Shown here in pieces: positions 1 through 9,392 of a stretch of DNA of 64,000 bases. Below the pieces are notes generated by a model. It was not told the DNA's origin. It saw nothing but the letters and a program-made list of their open reading frames with translations, and did not search any database. Made by a program: the position numbers and the translations under genes. This stretch comes from a virus (lineage: Duplodnaviria > Caudoviricetes): the IMG/VR virus record IMGVR_UViG_3300027374_000478, positions 95,092 to 159,091 of that record; one strand, written 5' to 3'. Numbering within the stretch: position 1 is the first letter of the stretch; every line of letters starts with the position of its first letter.

Positions 1-2
1 CA

Positions 3-1115
3 ACAAGAGATGAAGAAGGTAAAATAACATATAAAAATATTTCTTATGATTTAAGAGGAAAGGGTTATAAAGATTTACCAGAAAAGTTAAAAGAAGATTT
101 TGATAATTGCCCTGTTGATATAAGGAAGCATTTGGATTGTACAGATGAGGAAGTGGGCAGACATATTGTCAGGTATAATTCTGGAAGGCCAATGGTGGTA
201 GCTCAGAAAATATCAGCTTATATGCATAATACAGCAAAATATGTGAAGAAGTTGTCTGGACATGCTTTCTTCAATGACTGTGCTAATTATTCTGAAACTG
301 CTGACAAGAATGGAACAGTTGATAAAGTGGTATCTGAGACGGTTATGGGATTGAATTTTTTTGAATCTTGGAATAAACAGGCAAAAAAAATAGGTAAGCA
401 TTTGAACGAAAATGCAACAAAAGATATGTTTGATAATTTTTCGTTGTATTTAGACAGGTTATTGGAAGTGGTTACACCACAAACTGGAGTGTTATTTTCT
501 GCGAAAAATGCGATTATATGGTTTATGCTTTTTGATAGGTTTGATAAAAAAGGATTCGACGATAATAAATTTCAAATGTTTTTAGAGCATTATGAAGAAA
601 TAAAAAAAATAAAAGTAAAAGTCAATCATGAGTATGAACTTGTTAAAGGAAGTGGAGAGTATACAAGCAATATTTCGTTTGCAGAACTTGATGGTTGTAA
701 ATCTACTAAAGATAAAGGGGTAATAGAAGATAAATTACATATTTTGGAAACTTTACTTAATGATTTTTTACATATAAATAAATCTGAATCGCATTTTGAT
801 TTAGAATCTTTTATATCTGAAAATTTAAATATGGATGTAGAAGAAATAAAAGATGATATCGAATTTTATAATGAATCATTAGATGATTTGGCAAAAAAAA
901 CGATTAAAAATGGTTCTAAACTGTTGCAGATTGAAAATAGACCATCTTTATTAGCAATGGTGGTTTATTCATACAAAGAAGATATTGATTTGGATGAATG
1001 GCTGACAAAATATGCAAAAGATAACAATACATATTTTGTGGATCAAAAAAAGAATTTCTTTTTTATGAAAAAGGATTTTGAACATTATTATAGAAAACGA
1101 AAACTGAGTGCATAA
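3..1115 (+). CDS. 5'-truncated protein, possibly DUF262/ParB-like family
   Basis: Frame open from position 3 to stop at 1115; N-proximal DLRGKGYKDLPEKLKEDF..RYNSGRPM resembles the end of DUF262 domains (recollection only). Confidence 0.45.
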   Translation, partial: TRDEEGKITYKNISYDLRGKGYKDLPEKLKEDFDNCPVDIRKHLDCTDEEVGRHIVRYNSGRPMVVAQKISAYMHNTAKYVKKLSGHAFFNDCANYSETADKNGTVDKVVSETVMGLNFFESWNKQAKKIGKHLNENATKDMFDNFSLYLDRLLEVVTPQTGVLFSAKNAIIWFMLFDRFDKKGFDDNKFQMFLEHYEEIKKIKVKVNHEYELVKGSGEYTSNISFAELDGCKSTKDKGVIEDKLHILETLLNDFLHINKSESHFDLESFISENLNMDVEEIKDDIEFYNESLDDLAKKTIKNGSKLLQIENRPSLLAMVVYSYKEDIDLDEWLTKYAKDNNTYFVDQKKNFFFMKKDFEHYYRKRKLSA

Positions 1116-1129
1116 GGAGGGTAATTGTT

Positions 1130-1393
1130 ATGAAATATATTAGTGATGATGGAAGGGTATTCGATACAGAACAGGAATATTGTAAACATGAACAACAGAT
1201 CAGAAAAGCAAAAGAGGATGAGAGAATTAAGAAAGAGAAGTTAGAATCTGAACGCAAAACTTTGATGGATCAGATTTGTCAGAAGTGTAAGGAGTTAAGT
1301 GAACTTACACAAACTTATTATGACAAATTTGGTATAACAATGGGAGAATATCTTCCATTTGGAGAGTTTTTAAAAATTTTGTATGAGTCTTAA
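1130..1393 (+). CDS. hypothetical phage protein
   Basis: ORF with AGGAGG RBS; its stop codon starts a cassette-boundary site. Confidence 0.75.
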   Translation: MKYISDDGRVFDTEQEYCKHEQQIRKAKEDERIKKEKLESERKTLMDQICQKCKELSELTQTYYDKFGITMGEYLPFGEFLKILYES

Positions 1394-1432
1394 AAGTCGT
1401 ATTTTAATTATAATTAAATAGGAGTAGAAGAG

Positions 1433-1632
1433 ATGGATAAAAAGTGTTTTGTATATAGGTGTAAATGTTGTGGCGCTACATTTTTTATAAATGCAAAAGA
1501 TATAACTGTAGCAGAATCTACAACATTAAAAAAAATAAAAAATTAGATAAACTTCAAATTCATAAATGTGATGAAAATACATCTCTTGTTGGAATTGGAG
1601 AATTAATTGGAGCAACAGATATTATAAGATGA
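1433..1632 (+). pseudogene. Small Zn-ribbon protein frameshifted in a poly-A run
   Basis: MDKKCFVYRCKCCGATF.. stops near 1546; another frame continues KLDKLQIHKCDENTSLVGIGELIG to TGA 1630-1632. Confidence 0.6.
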
Positions 1633-1662
1633 AAATTTGATTTTGTGGTGTGAGGTGATAGG

Positions 1663-1995
1663 ATGACGGAGAATGAAGCAAAGAAACTAATTGCAAAGTT
1701 TTGTGAAGATAGAATGAATTTTGCTAGGGGAAAGGATATGAGCGATAAAGAATTGGAGGATTTCTGCAAATTTTCGGATGCACTAACTCTTTCCATATCT
1801 TCTCTTGAAGAAATCCAGCAATACCGAGCAATCGGCACAGTCGAGGAATGCTGGGAGACAAGGGAAAGGCAGAGGGGGAAGAAAAGGGTTTTAGATTCAT
1901 ATTGCGGTTTTAATAGTTATGAATGCCCCGTTTGCGGCACAGAGCCGGTCGGTGGGAGTAATTATTGCCACAAATGCGGTCAGAGATTGGAGTGA
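1663..1995 (+). CDS. Zn-ribbon phage protein
   Basis: C-terminal CPVC..CHKCGQRL; GAGGTG RBS. Confidence 0.75.
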   Translation: MTENEAKKLIAKFCEDRMNFARGKDMSDKELEDFCKFSDALTLSISSLEEIQQYRAIGTVEECWETRERQRGKKRVLDSYCGFNSYECPVCGTEPVGGSNYCHKCGQRLE

Positions 1996-2001
1996 TACCC
2001 A

Positions 2002-2205
2002 ATGACCTACCAAATAGCAGACCAAAGACACCCATTCAGGGGGCTTGACAATAAAATCTGCAAAAATCCTACATATTGGTGCAGACTACATCAGGTTTGG
2101 ATGTCTGATGATGATGTAAAGAAGAAACAATGTAAATGTAAACAGACTTTTGACATGGTTGGTACATATTGTTGCGGAAATTTAGTCAAGAAGTCAATAA
2201 AATGA
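2002..2205 (+). CDS. small Cys-rich hypothetical protein
   Basis: 67-aa ORF ending inside a boundary site. Confidence 0.55.
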   Translation: MTYQIADQRHPFRGLDNKICKNPTYWCRLHQVWMSDDDVKKKQCKCKQTFDMVGTYCCGNLVKKSIK

Positions 2206-2266
2206 AACTTTCAAGTGCAAAAAGAGAAGTATATATTAAACACACAAATAGAAAAGGAGAGATATT

Positions 2267-3037
2267 ATGTGTAATTTTAAAAGTGGAATTATTTTGAAGA
2301 ACAGGGTTGTTTTAGCACCAGAAGGAAATGAAAGTCATTTGGATTTGTTAGAGAGTCTTGGGATTGAGGATACTCACATGAATGCATCTAAAACATTTGT
2401 AAGAGCAGAGTTAATTCCTAAAAATAATGATAAAATGACCAATGTAAAAGACTGGAGATATAAGGTCGATCAGGATATTGTACCTGATTGGTACGAAAGA
2501 GACCCAGAGAGATATGAGCAGGATTTTAGAAATGCAGTTGAAGAATATATGAATGAGTGGAGAAAACAGTTCAAATTCATTTGCGGGCATTATTGGACAA
2601 GTGTACAGGATGGAGATTGTACATATTACTTCATGAATGGAATTCTTAAAAAGTCAGAGTTTGGTAAAACAAATAATTATGTAGAATCTTATGTACGAAA
2701 TGATCTTATTAATAGTGAATTGTCTGAGGATTTAAAGAAAGAATTTGGAGATAAACTTGTTCCGATTTCTCTTGATTTGACTTCTATGGATGGATTTAAA
2801 GATTATGGAAGTGTTGAAGGTGATATTTTAGCAATCCCAAATATTCAGTTGCTTATGAAGTTTGGTGAAAGTATTCCATTGATTGATAATTGGTATTGGC
2901 TTGCTAATCCTAATCAGACACCGAAGAGAAACGATGCCCGCTATGTTCGGTACGTTATCTCCGATGGCGATGTGCGCTGCGGCGATTGCGGCTGGAATGA
3001 CTGGGGCGTGCGTCCGTTTTTCATCCTTCAATCTTAA
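2267..3037 (+). CDS. DGR target protein with C-terminal C-type-lectin-like (DUF6273-like) variable domain
   Basis: WYWL..P..YVRYV..GVRPFFIL C-terminus; 3' end carries the VR that matches the TR. Confidence 0.9.
   Translation: MCNFKSGIILKNRVVLAPEGNESHLDLLESLGIEDTHMNASKTFVRAELIPKNNDKMTNVKDWRYKVDQDIVPDWYERDPERYEQDFRNAVEEYMNEWRKQFKFICGHYWTSVQDGDCTYYFMNGILKKSEFGKTNNYVESYVRNDLINSELSEDLKKEFGDKLVPISLDLTSMDGFKDYGSVEGDILAIPNIQLLMKFGESIPLIDNWYWLANPNQTPKRNDARYVRYVISDGDVRCGDCGWNDWGVRPFFILQS
2936..3018 (+). repeat. DGR variable repeat (VR) with GC-rich IMH end
   Basis: 83-bp ungapped match to 3529-3611; 16 mismatches, all opposite TR adenines. Confidence 0.97.
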
Positions 3038-3058
3038 ATCTTTGAATCTTGCAAAAAA

Positions 3059-3111
3059 TCATCGGGTAGCCAGTAATCAGGAATGCGTCAGCATCCCGTA
3101 GGCAGCCGATG
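3059..3111 (+). other. GC-rich stem-loop downstream of VR (candidate DGR target-recognition hairpin)
   Basis: tcatcgg..ccgatga outer stem with inner ggaatgc/gcatccc hairpin; position matches known DGR hairpins. Confidence 0.6.
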
Positions 3112-3138
3112 AGCGACTGAAAGGAGCGGGGAAAACCA

Positions 3139-3507
3139 GTGAGCGAAGCGAAACTGGATGTTATTGTAAAAGCAATAAATCTTATGGAATATACTATGAC
3201 AATTACATCAAACCGAAAGAGGTATTCAGTTAAGCATTTAACATTGGTAAAACGCATCCAAAATCGCTGTATGGATATATATGAATATTTGCTTGATGCA
3301 AATAGGCTGAAATTGGATACTTCAAAATCGGAACGCCAAGAATTACAAACAAAAGCAATTTCATGTTGTGATAAGTTGTCTTGTTATGTGGAACTTTCTA
3401 TGAAATTGAAATTAATTGGAAGTGATACAGTAGGATATTGGCAGAAACAAATAAATGATGTGAAATATATGAGTATTGCATGGCGTTCAAAAGATAAAGA
3501 GAGATAA
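3139..3507 (+). CDS. avd: DGR accessory variability determinant (four-helix bundle)
   Basis: 122-aa helical protein between VR and TR; C-terminal YWQKQI..VKYMSIAW pattern. Confidence 0.85.
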   Translation: MSEAKLDVIVKAINLMEYTMTITSNRKRYSVKHLTLVKRIQNRCMDIYEYLLDANRLKLDTSKSERQELQTKAISCCDKLSCYVELSMKLKLIGSDTVGYWQKQINDVKYMSIAWRSKDKER

Positions 3508-3528
3508 TTTTAGGTTGTTTGTTGTATG

Positions 3529-3611
3529 ACCCACTATGTTCAGTACGTTAACTCCAATGGCAATGTGAACTACAACGATTGCAACTGGAATGACAAAGGC
3601 GTGCGTCCGTT
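3529..3611 (+). ncRNA. DGR template repeat (TR)
   Basis: AAC/AAT-rich copy of the VR lying between avd and RT. Confidence 0.95.
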
Positions 3612-3730
3612 CTGGATCGGAAGACGAATGAAAGTAAGAGAAACACTGAAATTAGAGTCCCGATATCAAAAGAATAAATAACCTTTCCTGATTCAAAAAT
3701 GTCAGGATAAATACAAAGGAACAAAATACT

Positions 3731-4774
3731 ATGATAGAAGATAAAACAGATTTTGAAAAAGTAGTAGATTTCGGTAATTTATATCAAGCATATTTAAAAT
3801 CTAAATCAGGTAAAGGTTTTTCAAAAAGCAGTCAAAAATTCCAAGTATTAGCTCTTGATGGAATTCATCAAATAAAGAGAAGATTAGAAACTAAAACATA
3901 TCAAGTATCAAAATACAATGAATTTATAATATATGAACCGAAAGAGAGAGTCATTAAAGCATGTTCGTTTGTAGATAAAATTGTACAGCATAGTTTGTGT
4001 GATAATGTACTGATTCCAAGATTGAATAAAGAGTTTATTCAAACAAATTATGCTGGACAGATTGGCAAAGGTACATTGTATGGATTGGATTGCTTAAAAG
4101 CTCAGATGTATCTTGCATATCAGAAGTATGGATATGATTGTTGGATTATAAAAGCTGATGTTAGCAAGTTCTTTTACAATATCAATCACGATATTTTGAA
4201 GGATATTTTGAAATATTTTATAGAAAATAAAGAAGTGTATTGGCTGTGTGAGAAGTTTATTGATAGTACTGAGGGAGTAGGACTTCCATTAGGTAATCAG
4301 GTTAGTCAAGTATTTGCACTTTTATATTTATCAGTGTTAGATCACTTTATCACAGGAGAACTTGGAGTTAAATATTATGGTAGATATATGGATGATTTTT
4401 ATTTGATAGTACAAAATAAAGAATATGCGAAATGGTGTTTAGCAGCTATTTATGAGTTTGTGTATTCATTAGGTCTTGAATTAAACAGTAAGACTCAGGT
4501 CATTCCTTTTAAAAATGGAATCAAATTTTGTGGTTTTCATACATATGTGACTTCAGGTGGTAAAGTAATCCGAAAGCTGAAGAACGAAAATAAACGTGCC
4601 GCTAAAAAGAAATTTAAGAAAATGGTTGGATTAGTGAGGTGTGGAAAACTTAGCAAAGAGAAATTTTATGAGAGTTACAATGCTTGGAAAAATCATATAT
4701 CACATGGCAATTGTGTGAAATTTGGATATGAGATGGATAGATATATAGAAAAATTATTTATAGGAGAAAAATGA
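3731..4774 (+). CDS. DGR reverse transcriptase
   Basis: GLPLGNQVSQ (DGR-type SQ), YGRYMDD, KADVSKFF, FCG motifs; next to TR. Confidence 0.95.
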   Translation: MIEDKTDFEKVVDFGNLYQAYLKSKSGKGFSKSSQKFQVLALDGIHQIKRRLETKTYQVSKYNEFIIYEPKERVIKACSFVDKIVQHSLCDNVLIPRLNKEFIQTNYAGQIGKGTLYGLDCLKAQMYLAYQKYGYDCWIIKADVSKFFYNINHDILKDILKYFIENKEVYWLCEKFIDSTEGVGLPLGNQVSQVFALLYLSVLDHFITGELGVKYYGRYMDDFYLIVQNKEYAKWCLAAIYEFVYSLGLELNSKTQVIPFKNGIKFCGFHTYVTSGGKVIRKLKNENKRAAKKKFKKMVGLVRCGKLSKEKFYESYNAWKNHISHGNCVKFGYEMDRYIEKLFIGEK

Positions 4775-5004
4775 TGGAATATATTTTGTTTTCATTTATA
4801 TTAGCTGGAACACCTGCTTTATATACTGGATATTGTAATAAATTGAGAGACTTAATTCGATTAATTTTCATCATAACATTTATCGTAATCTATTATATTA
4901 ATAAATGGGAAACCGCAGATATTAATGTGGGATTATTCGTTTGTTGGTGTGCAGTATGGACGATATTTTGGGATAATTTATATAAGAAACTTAAAAGGAA
5001 ATGA
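4771..5004 (+). CDS. small membrane protein
   Basis: Hydrophobic segments; ATGA overlap with RT stop. Confidence 0.6.
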   Translation: MMEYILFSFILAGTPALYTGYCNKLRDLIRLIFIITFIVIYYINKWETADINVGLFVCWCAVWTIFWDNLYKKLKRK

Positions 5005-5038
5005 AACACGAGTTTCAAAGAAAGGAGAAATAGAACAT

Positions 5039-5476
5039 ATGGGAGAAACAAGATATCCGTTAGGAGATAAGAAAGTGGTTAGGTTTGGATATGATGACTA
5101 TAGATATGGTTGTTTATGCACATTTCCATTCAATTATCAGGATCATAAATTGAGTATGGGAGATGTGGAGTCTCTTGCTCTTTTAGGGGCTACTTTGTGT
5201 ATGTATAGAAATGGAGGATTACAAAAAGTAGAATATGCTGATAAAGATGAGTATGTTATTCCTGATTGTCTTCCGTTGTGGGTTAGAAATGAAATTAGAA
5301 AAGTATTGGGTGATTATCCAGAAAAGTTTGATAGTGAAGAATATGATGTTGACCATTTGCCAGCATCTATAAATGAAGAGGAGCGCAAAAAAATTCTTTT
5401 AAAGAGATTTAAGGATATAAAAAAGTGGGCGAAAAAATCTATTAAAGAAATAGAAAATGAAGAATATGAGTTGTAG
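5039..5476 (+). CDS. hypothetical protein (single-gene cassette)
   Basis: AAGGAG RBS after site 5002; next site at 5478. Confidence 0.7.
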   Translation: MGETRYPLGDKKVVRFGYDDYRYGCLCTFPFNYQDHKLSMGDVESLALLGATLCMYRNGGLQKVEYADKDEYVIPDCLPLWVRNEIRKVLGDYPEKFDSEEYDVDHLPASINEEERKKILLKRFKDIKKWAKKSIKEIENEEYEL

Positions 5477-5514
5477 ATAAAATTTCCGTTTCAATTGATG
5501 AGAAAGGCGAAAAG

Positions 5515-5805
5515 ATGAAAGTATTAAAAGAGAATAATTTTTCTGGGACATTTCCTATGAAAATAACATGTAAAAGAGTCGTAGATGAATATGGATTTGC
5601 ATATGGAAAGAAAGAAGATTTTTGTGGAAGTGAACTTGAAATTGATTCAGATGATATAAAGAAACATAGGTGGAGCAAGTATCCAGATTATAGTGGAACA
5701 GATTATGGAATTATTTGTCCTGTGTGTGGTCAGTTTATCTCTATTGATGAGAATAAAATACCCAAATATGTTATTGAAAATGTGGAAGAAATTTATATTG
5801 GATGA
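5515..5805 (+). CDS. Zn-binding hypothetical protein (single-gene cassette)
   Basis: CPVCG motif; flanked by sites 5478 and 5803. Confidence 0.7.
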   Translation: MKVLKENNFSGTFPMKITCKRVVDEYGFAYGKKEDFCGSELEIDSDDIKKHRWSKYPDYSGTDYGIICPVCGQFISIDENKIPKYVIENVEEIYIG

Positions 5806-5838
5806 AACGAAGGTTTCAAGTAAAAGTGAGGTGGTAAT

Positions 5839-6162
5839 TTGGAAAATATTTTAAGTAAAAATAATGACGGATCAATAGATGTCATGGACAGATATGGATT
5901 TACGGAATATACAGTTGCCAAGAATGAAAATGGTATAGTAGCTAGATTGGCAAATCAGTTATATGAATATGAGAATTTCTTTACAGAAAGGCTTAAAGAT
6001 GTATTGATGAATTACTTTGATGTTCCATCTGACACATATGCGTATAATCTAACAAGACATAAAACTGCTTTTTCTGAAGGAACCATATCTCTTGATGATT
6101 TTGAAGAATTTGATGAAGAAATCATTGATGATATTGTGAAGTATATCAAAGACAATATTTAG
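5839..6162 (+). CDS. hypothetical protein (single-gene cassette)
   Basis: GAGGTGG RBS, TTG start; flanked by sites 5803 and 6167. Confidence 0.7.
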   Translation: MENILSKNNDGSIDVMDRYGFTEYTVAKNENGIVARLANQLYEYENFFTERLKDVLMNYFDVPSDTYAYNLTRHKTAFSEGTISLDDFEEFDEEIIDDIVKYIKDNI

Positions 6163-6202
6163 CCAATAGAAGAAACATTTTAACTGGAGGTGATGATTTG
6201 GT

Positions 6203-6376
6203 ATGAAGATCGCTATAGAAATACCAAAAGAATATGAAATTGATTTTAAAGCAGATAAATTCAAAGATTTCTTTTCAAGAGTAATAGCAGATATGAATTG
6301 TTTGTGTGGTAATTATGAAACAGAAATAGCACATATGCTAATTAAAGCGTTTAATAATGGAGAAATAATAAAATAG
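6203..6376 (+). CDS. small hypothetical protein
   Basis: GGAGGTG RBS; MKIAIEIPKEYE.. 57 aa (below ORF-track cutoff). Confidence 0.65.
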   Translation: MKIAIEIPKEYEIDFKADKFKDFFSRVIADMNCLCGNYETEIAHMLIKAFNNGEIIK

Positions 6377-6549
6377 GCATCCTGATACTTTGGCGAGTGG
6401 GCAAGATGCCTATAAGCAACAAAACGGATAACCGCTTTGATAAGTCTTAGTATATCAATTCTATTAGATTTAATCAAGTCGGTAATTCCACAAATAAAAA
6501 ATAGAATATAGGTGGTGATGTAGTAACGATTATTAATCGAATCTGGCAA

Positions 6550-7029
6550 ATGCCAAACAGCAAAACTTTTTCAATCAAACCGATTGAAGAACTTATACAT
6601 AAATATGCGTATGGGCAGATTATAGATCTGTTTGCAAACAGTAATAAAATAGCAACAATTACAAACGATTTAGACACACAATATGATACTGATTATCATA
6701 TGGATACATTAGATTTTCTTAAAATGTTTGATGATTGTTCCGTTGATACTATATTGTATGATCCACAATACAGTGCTCGCCAAGTATCGGAATGTTATAG
6801 AAAATTGGAAAGAACTGTAAATATGCAAACAACTCAAGCTTCATATTGGTCAAAACAGAAAGAACAAATAGGAAGAATTGTAAAGAAAGATGGAATAGTT
6901 ATTACTTGTAGCTGGAACAGTGGTGGCATTGGAAAGAAATATGGATTTGATATTGAAGAGATATTATTAGTGCCACATGGAGGATGGCACAATGACACGA
7001 TTGTTGTTGTAGAGAGAAAAGTAAAATAA
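6550..7029 (+). CDS. small adenine-specific DNA methyltransferase-like protein (catalytic motif reads DPQY)
   Basis: DLFAN.., TNDLD, YDPQYS motifs; true start may be a few codons upstream. Confidence 0.7.
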   Translation: MPNSKTFSIKPIEELIHKYAYGQIIDLFANSNKIATITNDLDTQYDTDYHMDTLDFLKMFDDCSVDTILYDPQYSARQVSECYRKLERTVNMQTTQASYWSKQKEQIGRIVKKDGIVITCSWNSGGIGKKYGFDIEEILLVPHGGWHNDTIVVVERKVK

Positions 7030-7169
7030 AGTATTCCTAAAGAGTAAAACGATAGGATAGTGGTTGTGGTTCTCAGCCGTTGTATCAGAATTTTTTTGAT
7101 ACATAAATGGGTATTTTACCCGATGAATTAAATCTTTTATTGCCATAGATGGCAAAAATATAAATACAG

Positions 7170-7231
7170 AAAGGATACGAATGTTCACTGGTGAAGAAAG
7201 CTGCGCAGCTACTAAGTAATGGTGAACAAAA
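7170..7231 (+). promoter_or_regulatory. Palindrome-containing leader element A
   Basis: AAAGGA, then stem 7182-7189/7221-7228 enclosing AGCTGCGCAGCT; 12-codon uORF 7181-7219. Confidence 0.6.
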
Positions 7232-7876
7232 ATTAAGGTATTAGAATTATTCGCAGGTACAAGAAGTATTGGTAAAGCATTTGAAGCAAGAGGTCATAAA
7301 GTTTTCAGTGTTGAATGGAATAAAGATTTTGAAAACATCGACCTATATGAAGATATTAGTAAAGTTACAGCACAAGACATTTTAAACAAGTTTGGAAAAC
7401 CTGATGTTATTTGGGCGAGTCCTGACTGTACGACTTTCAGCATTGCGGCAATTAGTCATCACAGAAGAAAGAATCCAGAAACAGGAAGTCTTGAACCTAT
7501 CAGTGATTATGCAAAGTTCTGTGATAAAGTAGATCAACATGTTATTTCGCTTATCAAAGAATTAAATCCTACATACTACTTCATCGAAAATCCCCGTGGT
7601 GGCATGAGAAAGATGTCTTGGATGCAAGACTTACCACGATATACGGTTACATATTGTCAGTATGGCGATGAAAGAATGAAACCTACTGATATCTGGACTA
7701 ATCATCCAAATCCTAAGTTTAAACCCATGTGTAAGAATGGCGATCCATGTCATGTATCTGCTCCAAGGGGAGCTAAAACAGGAACACAGGGACTTAAAGG
7801 TAGTATTGAACGAAGTAAAATTCCATCAGCATTATGTGAGCATATTGTTGATATTTGTGAAAAAAACATTAGGTAA
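7232..7876 (+). CDS. C5 cytosine DNA methyltransferase-like protein (ATT start, or a 1-nt frameshift after ATG 7219)
   Basis: Frame of ORF 7604 extends to 7232: IKVLELFAGTRSIG (motif I), WASPDC (IV), IENP (VI). Confidence 0.8.
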   Translation: MKVLELFAGTRSIGKAFEARGHKVFSVEWNKDFENIDLYEDISKVTAQDILNKFGKPDVIWASPDCTTFSIAAISHHRRKNPETGSLEPISDYAKFCDKVDQHVISLIKELNPTYYFIENPRGGMRKMSWMQDLPRYTVTYCQYGDERMKPTDIWTNHPNPKFKPMCKNGDPCHVSAPRGAKTGTQGLKGSIERSKIPSALCEHIVDICEKNIR

Positions 7877-7930
7877 TATTTCAACGGGAGTCATGAACCC
7901 ATGAAAGATTCACAAAATAACAAATTAGAG

Positions 7931-7990
7931 AAAGGATATAACAAGTAATTCCGGATAAATTAGCGTTGCAACGCCTTGTAGATAAGGCAT
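7931..7990 (+). promoter_or_regulatory. Double-palindrome leader element B
   Basis: ACAAG/CTTGT stem enclosing TCCGGA and GCGTTGCAACGC; close sequence match to element D at 18530. Confidence 0.65.
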
Positions 7991-9379
7991 TTGGAAAGTA
8001 ATAATAAAAGATTTAGTTTATCAAAAAATTGGAAACTGGTAAATTTCTGTGAGTTTGATAAGTATGCGACTAAAAGCTATTGTGCAATTCACAGAGTAGA
8101 TGAGAATTTAAACCTTGGTGATATTACTGAGGTTGATGGAACAAAATTAGAAGATTTTAATATGATTTGTGGAGGGAGTCCTTGTCAGGATTTCAGCGTA
8201 GCTGGTAAACAAAAGGGTTCTGTGTGGACTTGTAATGGTTGTGGACATGAATATAACCCTCTAACGGTACATTGGAGTCAGAGAGATAAATGTCCTAATT
8301 GTGGAAGTAATAATATTGAAAAAACAAGATCGTCACTTCTTGTTGAGTATTTGAGAGTAATCCGAGGAAATAAACCTAATTTTGGAATGTATGAAAATGT
8401 TAAAAATATTGTGGGTAAACAATTCAGAGATACTACATTCAAATTATTTGAAGATGAGTTACATGAGTATGGCTACAATACATATTGGAAAGTGCTGAAC
8501 GCAAAAGATTATGGTATTCCTCAAAACAGAGAGCGAGTATATCTGATCTTTATCAAGAAAGACTTAGACAACGGTAAGTTTGTGTTCCCTAGAGAATTTG
8601 ATAATGGAATTCGTTTGAAAGATGTTTTGGAAGATGAGGTAGATGAAAAATATTATATTTTTGATGATAAAGTGCAGAGATTTTTAACAAATCTAAATAC
8701 TAATACTTCTTTACTATATGATCCGTGTCAGGTAAAAAGAGAGGGTAAATCAAGGGAATATAATGATTACTGTCCAACTCTCACTTCAAGAGACTATAAA
8801 GATCCCAGATTGGTAAATGAAAATGTAGTAAAACAAGTCGGAAATATTTCTGATTGCAATGGGAATTGGAAGAATCCACAAGTGGGGAGAATTTATGATC
8901 CCGATGGTTGTTCACCGACATTAAATACTTGTGGCGGAGGTAGCCATGAACCTAAGATTGTTCAGGTTGGTAATGTAAATCCATCTGGTAAAGGTATGAA
9001 TGGTAATGTATTTTCAGAAGATGGACTAGCACCAACTTTAACAACAAATAAAGGTGAAGGAAATAAAATTTTAACAGGTATTAGAATCCGCAAACTAACG
9101 CCAAAAGAAACTTTCAGGCTTATGGGATTTTCTGATTCGGCATATGACGCTGCAAGCAAAGTTGTTAGCAACAGCCAGCTTTATAAACAATCAGGGAATT
9201 CAATAGTAGTAGATGTTTTATATTACATATTAGTTGAGTTATATAAGGCAATGCCGTACCTATTTGATGATTTAAAACTGAGCAGTTTCTTCTCAGGTAT
9301 TGGTGCATTTGAGGCTAGTTTGGACAGATTGTATGAAAGCATTAATACTGGAAATTTTACCAAACCACAAGCGGAGTAA
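7991..9379 (+). CDS. Circularly permuted C5 cytosine DNA methyltransferase with Zn-ribbon insertion
   Basis: GGSPCQDFS (IV), ENV (VI), PQNRERVY (VIII), RKLTPKE (IX), YKQSGNS (X), then motif I FFSGIGAFE at the C-terminus. Confidence 0.9.
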   Translation: MESNNKRFSLSKNWKLVNFCEFDKYATKSYCAIHRVDENLNLGDITEVDGTKLEDFNMICGGSPCQDFSVAGKQKGSVWTCNGCGHEYNPLTVHWSQRDKCPNCGSNNIEKTRSSLLVEYLRVIRGNKPNFGMYENVKNIVGKQFRDTTFKLFEDELHEYGYNTYWKVLNAKDYGIPQNRERVYLIFIKKDLDNGKFVFPREFDNGIRLKDVLEDEVDEKYYIFDDKVQRFLTNLNTNTSLLYDPCQVKREGKSREYNDYCPTLTSRDYKDPRLVNENVVKQVGNISDCNGNWKNPQVGRIYDPDGCSPTLNTCGGGSHEPKIVQVGNVNPSGKGMNGNVFSEDGLAPTLTTNKGEGNKILTGIRIRKLTPKETFRLMGFSDSAYDAASKVVSNSQLYKQSGNSIVVDVLYYILVELYKAMPYLFDDLKLSSFFSGIGAFEASLDRLYESINTGNFTKPQAE

Positions 9380-9392
9380 ATTCTGCTTGTGG
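9352..9392 (+). promoter_or_regulatory. Candidate programmed -1 ribosomal frameshift signal
   Basis: In-frame A_AAT_TTT heptamer 9352-9358, 6-nt spacer, 12-bp hairpin 9365-9392; -1 frame open to 9951. Confidence 0.75.

Noticed and set aside
3731-4774. Group II intron RT
   Set aside because: Short RT with SQ motif, no maturase or endonuclease domain, and a clear TR/VR pair plus avd: it is a DGR.
7931-7990. SAM-III (SMK) riboswitch, suggested by AAAGGAT..GCCTTGTA
   Set aside because: The SMK 5' UUCCC and 3' SD-containing pairing is missing; the element fits the local double-palindrome family instead.
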